Assembly: GCA_043750125.1 (NCBI GenBank)
Contig: JAYVCD010000073.1
Coordinates: forward strand, 1-11,288
DNA length: 11,288 bases
Reading direction: 5' to 3'
Origin: Archangiaceae bacterium
GTDB taxonomy: Bacteria; Myxococcota; Myxococcia; Myxococcales; Myxococcaceae
The notes beneath the pieces were generated by a model. That model was not told where the DNA came from, ran no database searches, and worked only from the letters and a program-made list of their open reading frames with translations. Numbering within the stretch: position 1 is the first letter of the stretch; each line of letters opens with the position of its first letter. Positions 7,011-11,288 of the stretch are shown piece by piece. A program made the translations under genes and the position numbers.

Positions 7011-7016
7011 CTCCTT
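7011..7016 (-). promoter_or_regulatory. Shine-Dalgarno sequence of the HD-domain gene
   Basis: The plus strand reads CTCCTT, i.e. AAGGAG on the minus strand, 5 nt upstream of GTG 7005. Confidence 0.7.
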
Positions 7017-7064
7017 ACCGCCTTTGTGGCGAGGCTGGGTCGTGCTACTCGATGGCCCCACCAC

Positions 7065-8192
7065 GTGCGCATCGCGATTCTCCACAACCGGGACCACACC
7101 CTTCTCGAAGAAGACCCGGGCAGAGAGGCACGCGAAGATGTGGTGCGGGTCGCCGCGGCGCTGCAGAGCGCGCTCTCGGGTGGCCGTCGCGACGTAGCGC
7201 TGGTCCCCGTCGACGGCAATGCGCTGGGCATCGGCCGCGCGCTCGAAGCGGCCCAGGCCGACGTCGTCATCAACATCTGCGAATCGCTGGCGGCGGATTC
7301 CCGCGGCGAAATGGTGGTTCCGGCGCTGCTCGATCTGCTCGCGCTGCCCTACACCGGCTCTTCGGCGCTCTCGTTGGGGCTCTCGCTTCACAAGAACAAG
7401 GCGAAGGAATTGCTGCGCGCACGCAACGTCCCCACTCCTGATTTTTGCGTCCTCGACTCGGTGGCCGAGGTGGGCTCGGTCGACCTGCCCTTCCCGTTGA
7501 TCGTCAAGCCTTCGCGTGAAGATGCTTCGATGGGCATCGACTTCGAGTCGGTCGTCCAGGATCGCGCGTCGCTGGGTCGGGCCGTCGCCCGCGTGGTGCG
7601 CATTTTTCGCCAGCCTGCGCTGGTCGAACGTTTCATCGATGGCCGTGAAATCTACGTCCCGCTGCTGGGCAACCGCCCCCGCCATGCGCTGCCCCTTTCC
7701 GAGATCACTTTTGGAGCGGCGTTCGAAGGCCACCCTCGCGTCCTCAGCTACACCGCGAAGTGGGACGCCACCTCGCCCGAGTGCATCGACAGCCCGAGCA
7801 AGCTCGTCACCCTTTCGGCCGCCCTCGAAAAGAAGTGCGTCGACATCGCGCTGGCCGCCTTCGAAGCGCTCGACTGCCGCGATTACGGGCGGGTCGATTT
7901 AAGGGTCGACAGCGCCGGCCAGCCTTACGTCATTGACATCAACCCGAACTGCGATCTCCACCCACAGGCGGGCTTCGCGCGGGCAGCAGCAGGCGCGGGC
8001 ATCGCTTACGGCGATCTGGCGTTACATCTGGTGGAGCTTGCTCTGGAGCGCAGTCATGGAAATCAGGCCAATCGCAGCAGCCGACCGGCCGCAGCTCGCC
8101 GCGCTGCTCTCGCGCATCGAAACCTTCTCGCGGGACGAGGTGGAATGCGCGCTCGAGTTGATCGATCTGGCATCGACAGCGGGCAACCGTGA
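7065..8192 (+). CDS. D-Ala-D-Ala ligase-like ATP-grasp enzyme (non-canonical)
   Basis: VVINICES, LPYTGSS, HKNKAKELL, PLIVKPSREDASMGI, LVERFIDGREI, SYTAKW, DYGRVDLRVD and VIDINPNCDL give the ATP-grasp/Ddl fold. It lacks the Ddl N-terminal GGxSxEHxVS and LHGxxGEDG motifs. Probable GTG start at 7065 (MRIAILHN). The last ~45 codons overlap the GNAT gene. Confidence 0.82.
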   Translation: MRIAILHNRDHTLLEEDPGREAREDVVRVAAALQSALSGGRRDVALVPVDGNALGIGRALEAAQADVVINICESLAADSRGEMVVPALLDLLALPYTGSSALSLGLSLHKNKAKELLRARNVPTPDFCVLDSVAEVGSVDLPFPLIVKPSREDASMGIDFESVVQDRASLGRAVARVVRIFRQPALVERFIDGREIYVPLLGNRPRHALPLSEITFGAAFEGHPRVLSYTAKWDATSPECIDSPSKLVTLSAALEKKCVDIALAAFEALDCRDYGRVDLRVDSAGQPYVIDINPNCDLHPQAGFARAAAGAGIAYGDLALHLVELALERSHGNQANRSSRPAAARRAALAHRNLLAGRGGMRARVDRSGIDSGQP

Positions 8193-8529
8193 CTATCAGA
8201 TCCTGGTAGCCGCTCGAGAGACCGAGAACAAAGTCGTCGGGTACATCTGCTACGGCCCGACGCCGATGACCGAAGGCACGTTCGATCTCTATTGGATCGC
8301 CTCTGACCCCGTGGTGCGCGGTCAGGGGGTCGGTGCCGCGCTCGTCTCGGCGATGGAAGGCGACATTCGGCGCCGCAAAGGTCGATTGATTCGAATCGAG
8401 ACCAGCGCGATGGAAGCCTACGGCCCGACCCGTGGGTTCTACGCGGCGATGCAGTACCGGGAAGAGAGCCGGTTTCGCGATTTCTACAAAGTCGGCGAAG
8501 ACCTGATCATCCTCGCCAAGCGGCTGTAG
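8056..8529 (+). CDS. GNAT family N-acetyltransferase
   Basis: ATG at 8056 with GGAG at 8045-8048. Sequence: MEIRPIAAADR...VVGYICYGPTPMTEGTFDLYWIASDPVVRGQGVGAALV (acetyl-CoA-binding R/QxxGxG motif)...IETS...TRGFY. Confidence 0.9.
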   Translation: MEIRPIAAADRPQLAALLSRIETFSRDEVECALELIDLASTAGNRDYQILVAARETENKVVGYICYGPTPMTEGTFDLYWIASDPVVRGQGVGAALVSAMEGDIRRRKGRLIRIETSAMEAYGPTRGFYAAMQYREESRFRDFYKVGEDLIILAKRL

Positions 8530-8561
8530 CGCTCGACGAAGCTGTTAGCTTGCCCCCGTCC

Positions 8562-10019
8562 ATGAAACGCACTCTGAGTCTGCCGCTTTTTCTGCTTTGC
8601 GCATCTGTCTGGGCTGCTCCCGAAGCAGCGGTGTCCCCCCCGAAATTCAGCGACGCGATGACCGCCCGGCGGCCGATCGCCGGCGAGTACATGGGGCTGT
8701 ACCTGATGGGAAAAAAAGTCGGGTACCTGTTCACGAACGTGAAGTTCGCAGCCGGCCGAACGGACCAGGTGATCGCCACCAACGAGTTCGTCTTCAAGGC
8801 CACAGTCGGGACCAAGCTCGCGACCCGGACGATGAAAGAGACGCGCCTGTACGAGTCGAAGCCCGGCGGCCGTCTGCTCACCTTCACCGTCGAACAGACC
8901 GGCGATGGAGGCGACCAGCTGCTCGAGGCCACCAACACCCCCACCCAGATGCGGGTGCTGCGAAAGCGCCCCAACCTGCCGGACGAAACGCTCAACCGAA
9001 AACCTTCGAGCGAGCGGGTCGAAGACGCAGACCAGGCGCGGGTGGCGATCAAGCGGGCCAGCAAAGTGGTGGGCACGATCATCGATGGAACGGATCTCGA
9101 TACCTACAAGGTCACCACCGAGTACGGAGGTCCGTCGACGAAGATCATCGCCGGGCTGCAGGTGAAGGTCTTCAAGGTCACCACCCTCTCGGAGAAAGAA
9201 AAGGTCCCCGCCGACGCCTGGGTCGATGAGCAGGGCCGAATGGTCGAGATCTCTTTTGGCGAGAACATGAAAGCGGTGCTCGAACCCGAAGAGATGGCCA
9301 AGCGCCTCGACACCGTCGAAGTCTTCGGCCTGACCCGCATCACCCTGCCCCGCGTACCCTCGCCGGTCGCTCACGAAATTCCAGGCCAGTTGAAGTTGGT
9401 CGTGACCGGGCTGCCCGATCGGTTTCGCAAAGACACCTACCGCCAGAAGTTCAAGTCGATCGACAAGGACAAGGTCGAGCTCACGATTACTGCCGTGCCG
9501 GTGAAGGTGAAGAAGCTGCAGCGGCCCCTGGCGGACCCCAACGGGGGCGTCAACTTGAAGTCCACCCTCGCGGTCGAAAGCGACCACCCCGACATCATTG
9601 CGCTGGCGAAGAAGATCCTCGGCCCGGAAAAAGACGCGTACCTGTCGGCGAAGAAGATTTCGGCCTGGGTGGGGCAGAACCTGATCAAGGACTACGGCAG
9701 CTCGTCCGACCGGGCCACCGACGTGTTGCGAACGATGAAGGGCGACTGCACCGAGCACGCGCTGCTCACCACCACGCTGCTGCGTGCAGCTGGGATCCCC
9801 GCGCGGCGCGTGGACGGAGTCGTCTACATGAAGAACGAAGATGACGTCCCCGCGCTCTACTGGCACGAGTGGGTCGAAGCCTGGGTCGGTGAGTGGACCC
9901 AGCTGGATCCCACCTTTCGCCAGGACGTGGCCGATGCCACCCACTTCGGTGTCGGCGAAGAGGGCAGCGCTGAAATCACCCCGCTGATCGGCCAGCTCAA
10001 AGTGCTCGAAGTTCTCTGA
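8562..10019 (+). CDS. Exported transglutaminase-like (papain-fold Cys-His-Asp) protein
   Basis: Signal peptide MKRTLSLPLFLLCASVWA. C-terminal GDCTEHA (Cys 9747-9749), AAGIPARRVDGVVY, WHEWVE (His 9864-9866) and WTQLDPT (Asp 9906-9908) form an intact transglutaminase-like triad. Confidence 0.88.
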   Translation: MKRTLSLPLFLLCASVWAAPEAAVSPPKFSDAMTARRPIAGEYMGLYLMGKKVGYLFTNVKFAAGRTDQVIATNEFVFKATVGTKLATRTMKETRLYESKPGGRLLTFTVEQTGDGGDQLLEATNTPTQMRVLRKRPNLPDETLNRKPSSERVEDADQARVAIKRASKVVGTIIDGTDLDTYKVTTEYGGPSTKIIAGLQVKVFKVTTLSEKEKVPADAWVDEQGRMVEISFGENMKAVLEPEEMAKRLDTVEVFGLTRITLPRVPSPVAHEIPGQLKLVVTGLPDRFRKDTYRQKFKSIDKDKVELTITAVPVKVKKLQRPLADPNGGVNLKSTLAVESDHPDIIALAKKILGPEKDAYLSAKKISAWVGQNLIKDYGSSSDRATDVLRTMKGDCTEHALLTTTLLRAAGIPARRVDGVVYMKNEDDVPALYWHEWVEAWVGEWTQLDPTFRQDVADATHFGVGEEGSAEITPLIGQLKVLEVL

Positions 10020-10027
10020 AAGCGGTG

Positions 10028-11288
10028 GTGAGCCGGTTCGGGAAGTACGCGCTGATTCAGAAGCTCGCCTCGGGTGGGATGGGTGAGGTGTTCCTCGCCC
10101 AGGCGGAAGGCGCAGAGAAGCTGTTGGTGCTCAAACGAATTCTTCCTCACCTCAGCGCCGACAAACAGTTCCTCGATCTCTTCCTCGATGAGGCGCGGAT
10201 CGTCGCCCGGCTGAATCACCCGAACGTGGTGCAGATCTTCGAGCTCGGGTCGGTCGACGGCTCCTGGTACCTGTTGATGGAATACGTGCGGGGAAAAGAT
10301 CTGCGTCAGATCACCCAGACGCGCCGTCGACTTCCACTTGGCCTTGCCTGTCGAATCGTCGCCGATGCCGCCGCCGGTCTCGACTGCGCCCATCAGGCAA
10401 AGGACGCGCAGGGCAGACCGATGCAGATCGTCCATCGCGATGTCTCGCCCCACAACGTGCTCGTCTCTTTCGATGGCGCGGTGAAGCTCATCGATTTCGG
10501 GGTGGCGAAGGCTGCCGGCCGGATTCCACAGCCCGAAGTCGAAATGCTGCACGGCAAATATCCGTACATGTCCCCCGAGCAGGCGACCGACGCCCAGGTC
10601 GATCACCGCAGCGACCAGTTTTCGTTGGGGGTGGTCTTGTGGGAGCTGCTGTCGGGCCGTCGGCTGTTCGAGGCCGACAACGACGCAGTGACGCTTCAGC
10701 GGGTGGCGGAATGCGCGGTGGCGCCTCCTTCCCGGAAAGATGAAGTCCTGCCGCAGAAGCTGGTCGAGCTCGTGATGCGCGCCCTTCAGAAGGATCCTTC
10801 GAATCGTTTCCCGGACATGGCCGCCTTCGGTGCCGGGCTCGCGGACGTGATGACCGCCGGGCAGTGGCCGGCGGGCAAAGACGACCTCGCCACTTTTCTT
10901 CAGGCGTTATTCCCCGACGCGCTTGCGACCTCGAGCCGCCCCGTGTCCGCACTCACGGTTCCAGCGCGCATCGCGGTTCCAGCGACGTCCTTCGTCGGCA
11001 GAACGGTCGAGCTGGTCGCGCTGCGGCAGCTGCTCTCGCACAACGTGCGGCTGCTGTCCCTGCTTGGGCCCGCCGGCTGTGGAAAGAGCCGGCTGGCGAT
11101 CCAGCTGGCGCTCGGCGCGTCTTCCGCCTGTCTCGTGGATTGTTCCGAGGCGACCGGGGTCGGGGACCTGTGCACCTGGGTGGCGCATGCACTCGAGGTC
11201 CGGCTCACCGGCGAGGACTCGGTCGAACAGGTCGGGCGCCTGCTGGCCCAGCGGCCGGGGCTGCTGCTGGTGCTCGACAACTTCGAGC
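10028..11288 (+). CDS. Hanks-type Ser/Thr protein kinase fused to a STAND/NB-ARC-like P-loop ATPase (3' end beyond the window)
   Basis: Manual translation from GTG 10025/10028: SRFGKYALIQKLASGGMGEVFLA...LVLKRILPHL...FLDEARI...LNHPNVVQI...IVHRDVSPHNVLV...VKLIDFGVAK...GKYPYMSPEQ...RSDQFSLGVVLWELL. This is followed by TSFVGRTVEL, Walker A GPAGCGKSRLA (11066-) and Walker B LLLVLDNFE (11261-11287). No stop before the window end, so it is absent from the ORF track. Confidence 0.92.
   Translation, partial: MSRFGKYALIQKLASGGMGEVFLAQAEGAEKLLVLKRILPHLSADKQFLDLFLDEARIVARLNHPNVVQIFELGSVDGSWYLLMEYVRGKDLRQITQTRRRLPLGLACRIVADAAAGLDCAHQAKDAQGRPMQIVHRDVSPHNVLVSFDGAVKLIDFGVAKAAGRIPQPEVEMLHGKYPYMSPEQATDAQVDHRSDQFSLGVVLWELLSGRRLFEADNDAVTLQRVAECAVAPPSRKDEVLPQKLVELVMRALQKDPSNRFPDMAAFGAGLADVMTAGQWPAGKDDLATFLQALFPDALATSSRPVSALTVPARIAVPATSFVGRTVELVALRQLLSHNVRLLSLLGPAGCGKSRLAIQLALGASSACLVDCSEATGVGDLCTWVAHALEVRLTGEDSVEQVGRLLAQRPGLLLVLDNFE

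Noticed and set aside
5953..7733. ORFs 5953-7197 (+) and 7002-7733 (-)
   Set aside because: Antisense shadows of the HD and ATP-grasp genes.
7065..8192. Calling this gene ddl or a vanA/vanB-type ligase
   Set aside because: The Ddl substrate-binding motifs are missing, and there are no dcw or van cluster neighbours.
8484..10606. Minus-strand ORFs 8484-9944 and 9857-10606
   Set aside because: Antisense shadows of the transglutaminase-like and kinase genes, which carry clear catalytic motifs on the plus strand.
10956..10984. 11-bp direct repeat CGGTTCCAGCG with an 18-bp period
   Set aside because: Only two copies, in frame within the kinase-ATPase linker (TVPARIAVPAT). Not a CRISPR repeat, att site or meaningful tandem array.
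1..11288. Prophage or defence island suggested by thyX, the HD hydrolase and the STAND protein
   Set aside because: No integrase, transposase, phage structural gene, tRNA or obvious compositional break was seen. The gene mix looks like ordinary chromosome.

Overview
GC-rich (roughly 65% by eye), gene-dense bacterial window. The eukaryote-like Ser/Thr kinase and the overall gene set suggest a myxobacterium or related deltaproteobacterium (inference). No rRNA, tRNA, CRISPR array or mobile element was recognised. There are four apparent transcription units. (1) Minus strand: a tandem-domain ThyX-type flavin-dependent thymidylate synthase, followed by the 5' end of a PduO-type cobalamin adenosyltransferase that the ORF track misses. 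(2) Plus strand, behind an AT-rich Fur-box-like palindrome: a cytochrome c-FTR1 iron permease fusion, then a signal-peptide-bearing MsrA with a candidate ECF-sigma promoter. (3) Minus strand: a SAMHD1/YwfO-like HD phosphohydrolase translationally coupled to a Nudix plus metallo-beta-lactamase-fold fusion. (4) Plus strand: a non-canonical Ddl-like ATP-grasp ligase overlapping a GNAT acetyltransferase by 137 nt, an exported transglutaminase-like protein, and a Ser/Thr kinase fused to a STAND-type P-loop ATPase that runs off the right edge (also missing from the ORF track). The best leads are the ThyX with its signature motif split between two domains, the ATP-grasp/GNAT/transglutaminase unit, and the HD + Nudix-MBL operon.
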